From Candidatus Doudnabacteria bacterium RIFCSPHIGHO2_02_FULL_42_25 (lineage in GTDB: Bacteria > Patescibacteriota > Doudnabacteria > UBA920 > O2-02-FULL-48-8): DNA of 64,000 bases. The DNA lies in NCBI GenBank assembly GCA_001777665.1, contig MFEQ01000004.1:10-64009 (forward strand). The letters are read 5' to 3'. The translations under genes and the position numbers were made by a program. Shown one piece after another: positions 9,140 to 17,910 of this stretch. Within the stretch, counting starts at the first letter, position 1. Each line of letters opens with the position of its first letter. The notes under the pieces are model-generated. The model was not told the DNA's origin and ran no database searches. It saw only the letters and a program-made list of their open reading frames with translations.

Positions 9140-9475
9140 TTAATTTTTCCTCTTAGCAGATCGTGCCCCTCGACGAGTCAACGTTTGCTTTTTATCTTTA
9201 AACTTTCCAATTTGATCTTTAATTTTCGGGATTACCAAATCAATCGCGGCATAAACGTCTTCTGCTCGGGTTTCTCCACGCATAACTTTCCCGCCGACGA
9301 TTAACATCACTTCTGCACGAAAAACTTGCCCGGATTTGTGATGTTTGTCACGCTCGAGCTCAACTTTCGCATCAGTGGCAACTATAAATTTTCCCAAGTT
9401 GCCAATTTTCTCATTCACATATTGTTTGACTGATGGCGTCAAACTCATATTCGTTCCTTTTATAGATATATTCAT
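9140..9475 (-). CDS. hpf: Ribosome hibernation promoting factor / RaiA (S30AE family)
   Basis: MNISIKGTNMSLTPSVKQYV...EDVYAAIDLVIPKIKDQIGKFK. Confidence 0.92.
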   Translation of the reverse strand: MNISIKGTNMSLTPSVKQYVNEKIGNLGKFIVATDAKVELERDKHHKSGQVFRAEVMLIVGGKVMRGETRAEDVYAAIDLVIPKIKDQIGKFKDKKQTLTRRGARSAKRKN

Positions 9476-9576
9476 CCCGTTAGAAATAATGATTAGTTAA
9501 TAAATAAAATTATTTAAGATTGTCCCGATAACTATAATCTACACGTAACTTTAAACTCTGTAAAATTTCTAACGGG
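9476..9576. mobile_element. ~100 bp MITE-like element (family A) with 6 bp duplication at the hpf start codon
   Basis: TIR CCCGTTAGAAAT / ATTTCTAACGGG; ATTCAT at 9470-9475 and 9577-9582 (ATGAAT on the minus strand). Confidence 0.8.
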
Positions 9577-9600
9577 ATTCATGCACTAATATTATCTTAA

Positions 9601-9705
9601 GCAAGGGACTTTGTAAAATTAACTCGCGCAGGACGACGGTCCGAGCGCGTAGGCCAAAAATTCAGCAGAATTTTATGGCCGGTAATTTTACAATGATCCC
9701 GAGCG
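9601..9705. repeat. 105 bp structured repeat (three-way junction), copy 1; copy 2 at 43681-43785
   Basis: Ungapped 93/105 identity between copies with compensatory base-pair changes. Confidence 0.88.
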
Positions 9706-9707
9706 CG

Positions 9708-11078
9708 CTACTTTACCATCTTTCTTGCGAGGTTGTCTATATCTCCTGCGCCCATCATTAATACTAAATCAAAATGTTTTATTTTTTCTTTGATCAATTT
9801 TTCTGTTTGAGACAAGTCTTTGGCATAAGTAGCCTTAGCTCCCTTTTTTGTTAACTCTTCTACCAACTGCTCCGAACTTATATCTTCACCGTGCTCTCTT
9901 CCAGTTACATCAAATATTTCTGGCAAGATTATTTCGTCAGCAGTGACTAATGCCTCGACAAAATCCCCAAATAGCGCTTTCGTTCGATTCCTGTGGTGTG
10001 GCTGAAAAACTACCAAAATCTTTTTATTTGGAAAGAATTCTCGAGCTGCTTGGATCGTTAGCTCCACTCCTGCTGGATGATGAGCGTAATCTGAAATGAC
10101 CGGTTTCAAATAATGATTACCGACTTCTTCAAACCTTCGCCATAGCCCATTAAATTCCGCTAGAGTTTGTTTAATCACGTCAAATTCTACCCCGAGCTTG
10201 ATCGCAGCTAGAATCGCGCCTAATGCATTGCTCATATTAAATATCCCTGGGACTTTGAGGACTATTTGACCAATCATTTCATCATCGTAGTGAAGATCAG
10301 CTATTTGTTCTCTATTGCCTATTTTGCAATTTACAGCCTGCAAATCAGCATAATGGTGGATACCAAATGTAAATTTGTGACAGGCCACGTGTTTGCATAC
10401 ATCCACTGTATTATGATCATCAGCGTTAAAAATCAAAATCCCTTCCGGTCCGATTGATTTAGCATATTCCAAAAATGCGGATTTGATATCTGACAAATCA
10501 TTGTAATAATCCAAATGATCTTCAGCGACATTAGTCACGATAATCATTTTGGGTTTGTTAAACAACATCTTGCGATGATATTCGTCAGATTCAACTACTA
10601 AATATTCACCTTTCCCATACCTAGCATTCGCCTGAAATTTATCCGATTCATTTTTGTGGGAAAGAGTAGAGCCTATTAACACTGTGGGGTCTAGATTCGC
10701 TCTTTCGAGGATTAGGCCCAATAAAGCCGTGGTTGTAGATTTGCCATTGGTTCCGGTCACCCCAATCCCATATTTCTCAACCATTAAATCGCCTAGAGCT
10801 TGAGCTTGGGAAATTTTCGGAGAGGTTATAAAATCCAAATCATCTTTCGGGATATCTTGAGAATAGATAACCAGATCTGGTTCAGGTGTAATTTTTGCGG
10901 GATTTGGACCTATGTCCACATCCATCCCCAAATCTTCCAGGGATTTGGTAATCACTGATTCTTTGATGTCTGAACCGGAAACATTTTTACCCATAGCAAA
11001 AAGAATTCTAGCTAGAGCTGAAACTCCAATTCCTCCAATTCCCAGACAATAAATATTTTTAGCTTGTTTGATATCCAT
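9708..11078 (-). CDS. murC: UDP-N-acetylmuramate--L-alanine ligase
   Basis: GIGGIGVSALA, GTNGKSTTT, ESDEY, DYAHHP, FQPH, MGAGDI. Confidence 0.96.
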   Translation of the reverse strand: MDIKQAKNIYCLGIGGIGVSALARILFAMGKNVSGSDIKESVITKSLEDLGMDVDIGPNPAKITPEPDLVIYSQDIPKDDLDFITSPKISQAQALGDLMVEKYGIGVTGTNGKSTTTALLGLILERANLDPTVLIGSTLSHKNESDKFQANARYGKGEYLVVESDEYHRKMLFNKPKMIIVTNVAEDHLDYYNDLSDIKSAFLEYAKSIGPEGILIFNADDHNTVDVCKHVACHKFTFGIHHYADLQAVNCKIGNREQIADLHYDDEMIGQIVLKVPGIFNMSNALGAILAAIKLGVEFDVIKQTLAEFNGLWRRFEEVGNHYLKPVISDYAHHPAGVELTIQAAREFFPNKKILVVFQPHHRNRTKALFGDFVEALVTADEIILPEIFDVTGREHGEDISSEQLVEELTKKGAKATYAKDLSQTEKLIKEKIKHFDLVLMMGAGDIDNLARKMVK

Positions 11079-11178
11079 CCCGTTAGAAATTTTGATTAGT
11101 TAATTTTTATTATAATTTATATTTAAATGCGCCAAGGTCTGTAAATAGAAAAAGCGACTAAAAAGCATTTCTAACGGG
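11079..11178. mobile_element. ~100 bp MITE-like element (family A) with 6 bp duplication at the murC start codon
   Basis: Same TIRs as 9476-9576; ATCCAT at 11073-11078 and 11179-11184; shared internal TGATTAGTTAAT. Confidence 0.8.
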
Positions 11179-12153
11179 ATCCATATCCGCTGCAATTTGT
11201 TTTTGTTGATATTGTTTGATTAGTTTTTTTATTTCTGGAACAGCGGCCTCCGCAGCCCTCCGACCTTCTTGATATATTTTATCCAAATTCGAAAATTCAG
11301 TTTTACCATAATGCTTAACATGAGGTTCGATCATCAGATCACAGGCGACATGGGATTCGTCCCATTGTTCCTCAATCCGGAATGAATGTTCGACAGCTTT
11401 GGTCATGACAGATATAACTCCGGGTATTTTAATATCTCTTTGTTCCAGGACGTCAGATTGGCTGTCTAATCGAAATAGCAGTCTGGGAGAGAGCTTAGGA
11501 ATAATTTTTTCCCGAATAAACTGTAGCCCCATGACATTGGTCAAAAATCTGTAGCCTCGCCAGATCGGCATCTTTTTTTCGTATATAAATTTAGTAGCAG
11601 CGATATTGATGCCAATTACGATATCGGCTCCCATTTCTTTCACGGGAAGAGTTGGCACGATATTTACCAATCCACCGTCTACCAAAACATGCTTTTCCCA
11701 AACAACTGGTTCAAACAATCCTGGCACAGCCACTGAAGCTTTAAATGCTGTATTGATGCTTCCAGATTTAATAGTAACCAGTTCTCCTGTATTGATATCT
11801 GTTGCAGAAAAGCCAACTTTTGGTCCTTCGATATCTTCAAAATTCATGTTATGTGTAACACTATTCAGCAACTCCTCCATAGCCTCATTGTGCAAATGAA
11901 ATAACCCGCCTTTTGCATTTTTCAAAGACCAAAATCTTAGTATACTCGGAAAACTCAACTCATAAAAAACTTTTTTCATGGCTTCCATGGTTCCAATAGC
12001 AAAACTAGCGGCAATCAAAGCCCCAGACGAACATCCAACTAAATAGTCTATCGTAATTTTATGTTCGCGAAACACCTCCAAAGCACCAATATGCGCTATA
12101 GCTCGGCCAGAGGCTCCAGATAAAGCGATCCCAATTTTCGGTCGGTTAGTCAT
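11158..12153 (-). CDS. Patatin-like phospholipase
   Basis: LSGASGRAIAHIG, GCSSG nucleophile motif, DGG; the last codons (PVRNAF*) come from the family A element. Confidence 0.9.
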   Translation of the reverse strand: MTNRPKIGIALSGASGRAIAHIGALEVFREHKITIDYLVGCSSGALIAASFAIGTMEAMKKVFYELSFPSILRFWSLKNAKGGLFHLHNEAMEELLNSVTHNMNFEDIEGPKVGFSATDINTGELVTIKSGSINTAFKASVAVPGLFEPVVWEKHVLVDGGLVNIVPTLPVKEMGADIVIGINIAATKFIYEKKMPIWRGYRFLTNVMGLQFIREKIIPKLSPRLLFRLDSQSDVLEQRDIKIPGVISVMTKAVEHSFRIEEQWDESHVACDLMIEPHVKHYGKTEFSNLDKIYQEGRRAAEAAVPEIKKLIKQYQQKQIAADMDPVRNAF

Positions 12154-13235
12154 TATTGTTTCGTAATTATCGCGGCAATCCTTTTACTCGCATCTTTCGG
12201 AATTAGATGGCTGATATTACTTCCCATGGCTTCCCCACGCTTGGCGTTGAATTTGAGACTATTCAGAATTTGCTTGAGATTTGCAGGTATAGCTTCTTTT
12301 GCATTCAATACCACAGCAGCATGGGCATCCATAAGTATTTTAGCATTTTCTTCCTGATGTGTCTGAGGCATGGGGATAATGATCGCGACCTTGCTCAATG
12401 CAGATAATTCTGCGATCGTCGATAACCCGGCCCGAGCTATAACCAAATGCGCTGCTTTTAATATCGCGGCATAAGGTTCAAAAGGGATCAACTCATAAGG
12501 ATGATAATTTTGATGTTTAAACTTTATTCTGTTTTTGCCCGAACCGGTTTGGTGGATAATTTGATGCGCTGTGACTAAGTCTGGGAGTATCGCTTCGATT
12601 AAATTATTGATTTGGGCAGCACCAGTGGCTCCGCCTAAAATCAAAAGGATCGGCAACTCGTCATGTAAATTAAAATGTTTTTTTGCATCAACTTTTGAAT
12701 CAAATAGATCAGGTCGAACAGGATTTCCGACCCAAATCGCTGGATGCCAATTTTTATTAAACAAACCAGAGCCTGAATGAAATTCCTTTGCTGTTTGTTC
12801 GAAAGCTGTAGTGATCTCGGAAGCTAAGGGTGCTATCAATTTATTCGCAAGCCCAATAGCAGCATCTTGTTGATGAATATAAATTGGAATTTTCTTGAGA
12901 TAACAAACCCAAGCCAGAGGCACGGCCACAAAACCACCCGCTGAAAAAAAGACATCTGGTTTAAACTTATTAATTATTGAATATGCTTTCGATAGCCCAC
13001 CTACAAAAATAAACGGTGCAAACAAATTTTTCACACTCAAAAAACGACGCCACCGAGCGGCTGGCACGGTCTTAAACTTGATCCCGGCTTGTTCGACCAT
13101 CGTCCGCTCTGGTCCTTTTCTGGTTCCGACGAATAAAAATTGAACTTTCGGATGTTGATTTTTGATTTCCATGGCAACAGCGAGAACCGGCGAAACCGGA
13201 CCTCCAGAACCGCCACCAGCTAGTAAAATTTTCAT
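12153..13235 (-). CDS. murG: MurG-type N-acetylglucosaminyltransferase (GT28)
   Basis: AGGGSGG, GGFVAVP, GNPVR, GGATGA, RAGLSTIAEL, HQEENA. Confidence 0.92.
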   Translation of the reverse strand: MKILLAGGGSGGPVSPVLAVAMEIKNQHPKVQFLFVGTRKGPERTMVEQAGIKFKTVPAARWRRFLSVKNLFAPFIFVGGLSKAYSIINKFKPDVFFSAGGFVAVPLAWVCYLKKIPIYIHQQDAAIGLANKLIAPLASEITTAFEQTAKEFHSGSGLFNKNWHPAIWVGNPVRPDLFDSKVDAKKHFNLHDELPILLILGGATGAAQINNLIEAILPDLVTAHQIIHQTGSGKNRIKFKHQNYHPYELIPFEPYAAILKAAHLVIARAGLSTIAELSALSKVAIIIPMPQTHQEENAKILMDAHAAVVLNAKEAIPANLKQILNSLKFNAKRGEAMGSNISHLIPKDASKRIAAIITKQ

Positions 13236-14332
13236 TTGTACACCTCTACAGTTTCTTCAGCAGCTTTTTTCCAGCTGAAATGTTTTGACCTTGCCAATGC
13301 TAAATTTGCTAATTCTTCCAAACGAATTGGATTATTCAATAAATTTTTCAAAACATCTATCATGTTAGTTAAATTATTCGGATCAAAATATTCCGCTCCC
13401 TGACCTGCGACCTCATGCAAAACCGGAATATCCGAACAAGCGATCGGGGTCCCACAAACACCCGCCTCGAGAATCGGCAAACCAAATCCTTCCATGTGTG
13501 AGGGTAAAACAAAAAGTGTGGCAGCATTGTATACTGCTTTCAAATCGTCATCAGATATTCGGCCCAGTGCTTTGATACGATCCTTGTTTTTTATATTATA
13601 CACTTCTTCCTTTATTTCTGGATAAAAAGGATCTGGCTCACCCACTAATACCAGCTCCAGGTCCAGTCCTTGAGTAACTAATTTATCAAAAGCTCTCGCA
13701 AGCATTGGTAGGTTTTTATATCGGCGCCAGGTTCCCACATACAATATATAGTGTTTAGTAATTCCAAATCTATTGGATATTTGCTGGAAAGCCAATTCTT
13801 TGTCCATCATTTGGTAAGTTTGATTAAACCCTTCGTAAACTACTTTTATTTTACCAGGATTCAAATTCTGATAATAATCCAAAAGCGCTCTTTTTGTAGC
13901 TTCTGAGACAGCGATGATTTTATCCGCACTTCGAACTGCGTTCCAAAACACGAGATGATAAGCCAAGCGATGAAAAAATCGCGACTTCTTTTTCCCAGGA
14001 ATCAACGTGTGAGTTAAATCATGAATCGTGACTATAAATCTTCCTCGATAAAATATCGGGGCATTGAAATGCGGGAAATGGACTATATCTAATTTTTCTT
14101 TTTTCAAAACAGATGGCAGATGTAATTGCTCTGCTACAGAATAATGTTTAATTCCGGTTATGACTATTTTTTGATTGTATTTTTTAAATACCTCGGTCTG
14201 TGATTCTTCGCGGAAAAACAATACAAACTCATTCAATTTATCCTGGTTGAGAATTTCATGAAAAAGCTCGGTAATGTACCGATCTATTCCCGTTCCCCCA
14301 CCAATCATTCGTAAATCAATTCCTATGCGCAT
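13232..14332 (-). CDS. Glycosyltransferase family 4
   Basis: EGFGLPILEA motif, TIHDL. Confidence 0.92.
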   Translation of the reverse strand: MRIGIDLRMIGGGTGIDRYITELFHEILNQDKLNEFVLFFREESQTEVFKKYNQKIVITGIKHYSVAEQLHLPSVLKKEKLDIVHFPHFNAPIFYRGRFIVTIHDLTHTLIPGKKKSRFFHRLAYHLVFWNAVRSADKIIAVSEATKRALLDYYQNLNPGKIKVVYEGFNQTYQMMDKELAFQQISNRFGITKHYILYVGTWRRYKNLPMLARAFDKLVTQGLDLELVLVGEPDPFYPEIKEEVYNIKNKDRIKALGRISDDDLKAVYNAATLFVLPSHMEGFGLPILEAGVCGTPIACSDIPVLHEVAGQGAEYFDPNNLTNMIDVLKNLLNNPIRLEELANLALARSKHFSWKKAAEETVEVYK

Positions 14333-15401
14333 ATTTTTCCTCTACGAATTGCTTAATCTTTCTTTGGAATTCGTTTTTATCAAACTGTAGGGCATGGTTT
14401 CTGATTGTTGTGCGATCAAACTTAGTGGCATCAAAATTCCTAACTTTTTCGATAATTGCTTCTTTTGTCTGTTCAGCAAAAAATTCACCCGTGACTCCCT
14501 CTTTTATCGCTTCTAGTGCTCCACCCTTACCGTAGGCGATTACTGGCGTACCGCAAGACTGAGCTTCCAAAAAAGTAATTCCAGCGTCTTCATCTGCTGC
14601 AAAAACATAAGCCTGTGCCTCACTGTAGTGTCTTCGCAATTGTTCATTCGACAGTACTCCCAAGAATTCTATGTTTGATTTGGCCTGGGATTTCAGCGTT
14701 TCCATTTCAGTACCAGATCCTGCAATTTTTAGAGATAACCCCAATTCATTGAAAGCCTGAACTATAACATCTACTTTCTTGTAAGGTTCAAGTCTACTAG
14801 CTGTAAAAAAATAATCTTTTTTTTCACCCATTGGTTGAAACGCTTGTGTGTCTACAGGTGGCGGAATCACAACTGAATCACGATTATAATATTTTTTTAT
14901 ACGCTCCTGGACATTCTTTGAATTCGTAATTATATAATTGGGTCTCTGAGCTGCTTTATAATCCCATTTTCTTAAAAGCGGAACAAACATTTTACCAATT
15001 GCTTTGAAAATTCTAGGATATTTCTGAACGTCTAAATATTTCGATTCTGTCCAAAGAAATCTAGTTGGTGTGTGCATATAACAAATATGGAGCTTGTCGG
15101 TCTTAATTCCTTTTGCAAACGAAGAGGAATCAGAAAGAACTAAATCATACTCTGCAAATTTAAAACTCTCGATTGCAGACGGCATCCAAAGCAAGAGCAA
15201 CCTATGATGGGTTTGGGCCAATGGAAAACTATTTAACCAGCTAATTTTCTTTTGATATTTTTCAAACTCATTACGTGTTTTTTCTTTATTGTAGAGAATC
15301 AAATGGACTTTAGCATCAGGCCAAATTTCAAAAAAATTCTGCAACACTCTTTCAGCACCTCCGATTTGATTCAAAAATTCATGTACTAACGCTACCTTCA
15401 T
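14316..15401 (-). CDS. Glycosyltransferase family 4
   Basis: GGAERV, EDAGITFLEAQSCGTPVIA. Confidence 0.92.
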   Translation of the reverse strand: MKVALVHEFLNQIGGAERVLQNFFEIWPDAKVHLILYNKEKTRNEFEKYQKKISWLNSFPLAQTHHRLLLLWMPSAIESFKFAEYDLVLSDSSSFAKGIKTDKLHICYMHTPTRFLWTESKYLDVQKYPRIFKAIGKMFVPLLRKWDYKAAQRPNYIITNSKNVQERIKKYYNRDSVVIPPPVDTQAFQPMGEKKDYFFTASRLEPYKKVDVIVQAFNELGLSLKIAGSGTEMETLKSQAKSNIEFLGVLSNEQLRRHYSEAQAYVFAADEDAGITFLEAQSCGTPVIAYGKGGALEAIKEGVTGEFFAEQTKEAIIEKVRNFDATKFDRTTIRNHALQFDKNEFQRKIKQFVEEKYAHRN

Positions 15402-15799
15402 TGGTGTAACTCCGCAGTTGTTCCCCTCCCTGGAAGGGAGGGGTTAGGGGAGGGTCGAAGAGCTAACTTAAGCGTTAGGTCTGCAAACACTCCATCTAGG
15501 TTATTGAGAATTTGGGAGTTATCATAACGAATGATTTGATAACCTTTGGATATTAGATATTTCGTTCTGGTTTTATCGTAATCTATTCCTTGTGTTGTAA
15601 AATGCGAATCCCCATCTATTTCGATAATTAGATTTAAGGCTGCACAGTAAAAATCTACTATATAGGGACCTATGTCATGCTGCCGACGAAACTTAAGGTT
15701 ATTAAATTGCTTTGCAGAAACCATAGCCCAAAATACCTTCTCTGCTGGAGTAGAGTTGTGTCTTAATTCTCTTCTTTGCTTTGTTCGAGCTAAAACCAT
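15398..15799 (-). CDS. DUF559 (Vsr-like) endonuclease
   Basis: LRHNSTPAE, KFRRQHDIGPYIVDFYC, IEIDGDSH, DKTRT. Confidence 0.92.
   Translation of the reverse strand: MVLARTKQRRELRHNSTPAEKVFWAMVSAKQFNNLKFRRQHDIGPYIVDFYCAALNLIIEIDGDSHFTTQGIDYDKTRTKYLISKGYQIIRYDNSQILNNLDGVFADLTLKLALRPSPNPSLPGRGTTAELHQ
15423..15455. repeat. REP-like palindrome at the 3' end of the DUF559 gene (translated as PSPNPSLPGRG)
   Basis: CCCCTCCC-tggaa-GGGAGGGG-ttaggggagggt. Confidence 0.8.
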
Positions 15800-15815
15800 G
15801 TTAACCCTTTACGCT

Positions 15816-15846
15816 CCTCCCCCAGCCCCTCCTCAAAGAGGAGGGG
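15816..15846. repeat. REP-like palindrome upstream of the DUF559 gene, inverted relative to 15423-15455
   Basis: cctcccccag-CCCCTCCTC-aaa-GAGGAGGGG. Confidence 0.8.
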
Positions 15847-15859
15847 TGAAACTGCGAGA

Positions 15860-17278
15860 TTAATAGTCAACCTTGGGCTTACGTCCAAGCAAAATCAAAA
15901 AAGTTTTAAAGATGATGTATATATCTAACCAGATCGACCAGTTTTCGATATAAAATGCATCAAGCTTGATTTCTTCCTCCCAAGATAACTCTGGTTTTTC
16001 TGAAGCCTGGGTAATTTGAGTAAGCCCAGTAGCTCCCGGCTTTAACACAAACAAATGTTTATATTCATTACGGAAATGATCTACCTCTTTCACCATGTGC
16101 ACCCTAGGACCGACCAAACTCATCTGGCCGATAAGGATGTGCCAAAGTTGTGGCATCTCGTCGAGTTTAGTTTTACGTAAAAATTTCCCGATCGGGGTAA
16201 CCCTAGGATCATTTTTAATTTTTACGAAGTGGCCTTGCCTCGCGTTTTGCTTCTCCAGCTCTTCTCGCAATTTGTCACCTGACACTGTCCCTTCACTCAT
16301 TTCATAAAACATGGTTCGGAATTTATAACATTCAAATTGCCCTAAGCCCGCCGCACGTAGTTGATGAAAAAATACAGGACCTCTGGAACTTAACTTGATC
16401 AAAATCGCTATGACCAAAAATATCGGACTTAGAATAATTAAACTAATCAATGAAATTATAAAATCGATAACCCTCTTCAATACCCGCCCCCAACCTTCGA
16501 GAGGTGTGCGTTTCAAAATAATAATCGGAATTCCGGAAATGGTTTCGACGTCTATGTTCGTCACCGAGGTTTCATACAAATTCGGGACAAAATTAAACCT
16601 GATTCCATAGTCTCGACAAAATTCAAGTAATGCTTCACTTACGTCTTGATGGAGTCTGGTGTCGGCTTGGAGGAGCTCGTCTATCCCTTCGTGATTTTTG
16701 ATTCGATTTAGTTCCTCTAATATCTGTTCCTTCGATAAATTCGAATCAATTTTGGCGACAATTCTATATCCGAGCTCTTTCCGTCGGTCAATATCCGATA
16801 TCAATTCCAAAACATCTTGCGGTTGAATTATAACCAGTCTATGCTGACCAATTCCCCTTCGAAGCATATTGACTTGGACCTGACGTAAAATAATTCTCCC
16901 CAAACTTATAAGAACAATCGTCAGAATCCATGTGAACAAAATAATTAACCTGGAGGGGAAAACTGTTTGGTTAAAAAAGAACAAAATCACGACCAGCAGT
17001 AGCCCCGAAGAAACTGCTAGTGTAATTTTTAGAAGCTCGGCCGATGTTCGTCGCGTGCCTTTCAAATTGTAAAGCCCGGCAAAAGCCAAAATCAAGATAA
17101 GTCCGGGACTGATTAGAAACAGAATTTGCATAAAATCAGCCAACGTCATCTCGTAAATAATCGGTCGGAATTTGTCGAATTCAAAGCGTAAATAAAAAGC
17201 GATGATACCCGCAAAAATGATCATCAAAAAATCGACGAAAATCGAGATTAAATTGAAATATAATTCGGACTTCTTCAT
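15860..17278 (-). CDS. Undecaprenyl-phosphate sugar phosphotransferase (WcaJ/WbaP family)
   Basis: N-terminal TM helices; KFRTM, DPRVTPIGKFLRKTKLDEMPQL, SLVGPR, KPGATG, YIENWS. Confidence 0.95.
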   Translation of the reverse strand: MKKSELYFNLISIFVDFLMIIFAGIIAFYLRFEFDKFRPIIYEMTLADFMQILFLISPGLILILAFAGLYNLKGTRRTSAELLKITLAVSSGLLLVVILFFFNQTVFPSRLIILFTWILTIVLISLGRIILRQVQVNMLRRGIGQHRLVIIQPQDVLELISDIDRRKELGYRIVAKIDSNLSKEQILEELNRIKNHEGIDELLQADTRLHQDVSEALLEFCRDYGIRFNFVPNLYETSVTNIDVETISGIPIIILKRTPLEGWGRVLKRVIDFIISLISLIILSPIFLVIAILIKLSSRGPVFFHQLRAAGLGQFECYKFRTMFYEMSEGTVSGDKLREELEKQNARQGHFVKIKNDPRVTPIGKFLRKTKLDEMPQLWHILIGQMSLVGPRVHMVKEVDHFRNEYKHLFVLKPGATGLTQITQASEKPELSWEEEIKLDAFYIENWSIWLDIYIIFKTFLILLGRKPKVDY

Positions 17279-17300
17279 TGATTTAGGTAATTAGTATAGC

Positions 17301-17331
17301 AAAAAGCCTCGCTTTTCGCGAGGCTTTTTTT
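17301..17331. terminator. Bidirectional intrinsic terminator after the RRM gene
   Basis: AAAAAGCCTCGC-tttc-GCGAGGCTTTTT. Confidence 0.8.
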
Positions 17332-17342
17332 ATGCGTAACGT

Positions 17343-17624
17343 TTAGCGTCTATCGTAGTCCCTACGTGGGCCTTCGGTTTTAGGACGTGCTTCGTTAACA
17401 GCCAATTGTCTTCCGCCAAAATCTGTACCATTGAACATCTCAATAGCTTTGTCAGCTTCATCATCGCTGGACATTTCCACGAATCCAAAGCCTTTAGATC
17501 TGCCAGAAAACTTGTCGGTTATGATTTGCGCGCTTACTACATTACCAGCACCTGAAAAGTGATTTTTCAACTCATCAGAAGTGGTAGAGTATGGCAAACC
17601 ACCGACGAACAATTTCTTAGCCAT
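17343..17624 (-). CDS. RRM RNA-binding protein
   Basis: RNP2 LFVGGL and RNP1 KGFGFVEM. Confidence 0.95.
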   Translation of the reverse strand: MAKKLFVGGLPYSTTSDELKNHFSGAGNVVSAQIITDKFSGRSKGFGFVEMSSDDEADKAIEMFNGTDFGGRQLAVNEARPKTEGPRRDYDRR

Positions 17625-17704
17625 TTACTAGCCTTCAATACAAAGGGAAACACACTAATATGCGAACCCCTATTGTCTAATTAATGAACTTCCCTTCGAC
17701 TAAA

Positions 17705-17846
17705 CCCAGTATATCAACTTCGATAAATGGCTAATTTGCTTTTGCCTATTATCAAAGCTTGTTTTATAAAAAAATTATTAATCTATAAACCAAATTTTGA
17801 CGTTAAGCCATTTGAAGGGCAAAAGCATCGAAGTTGTATTACTGGG
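17705..17846. repeat. ~143 bp element (family B) with imperfect TIRs and internal pseudoknot pairing, copy 1
   Basis: CCCAGTATATCAACTTCGAT ... ATCGAAGTTGTATTACTGGG; second copy at 63444-63588. Confidence 0.85.
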
Positions 17847-17862
17847 AAAGGAAACAGGAATA

Positions 17863-17904
17863 AGTATACACTAGGTTGACAAATATGTCAATATCCGCTA
17901 TACT
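17863..17904. promoter_or_regulatory. Overlapping divergent sigma70 promoters for rnpB (+) and the RRM gene (-)
   Basis: Plus: TTGACA(17876)-17-TATACT(17899). Minus: TTGACA(17891)-17-TATACT(17868). Confidence 0.8.
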
Positions 17905-17910
17905 ATACAT

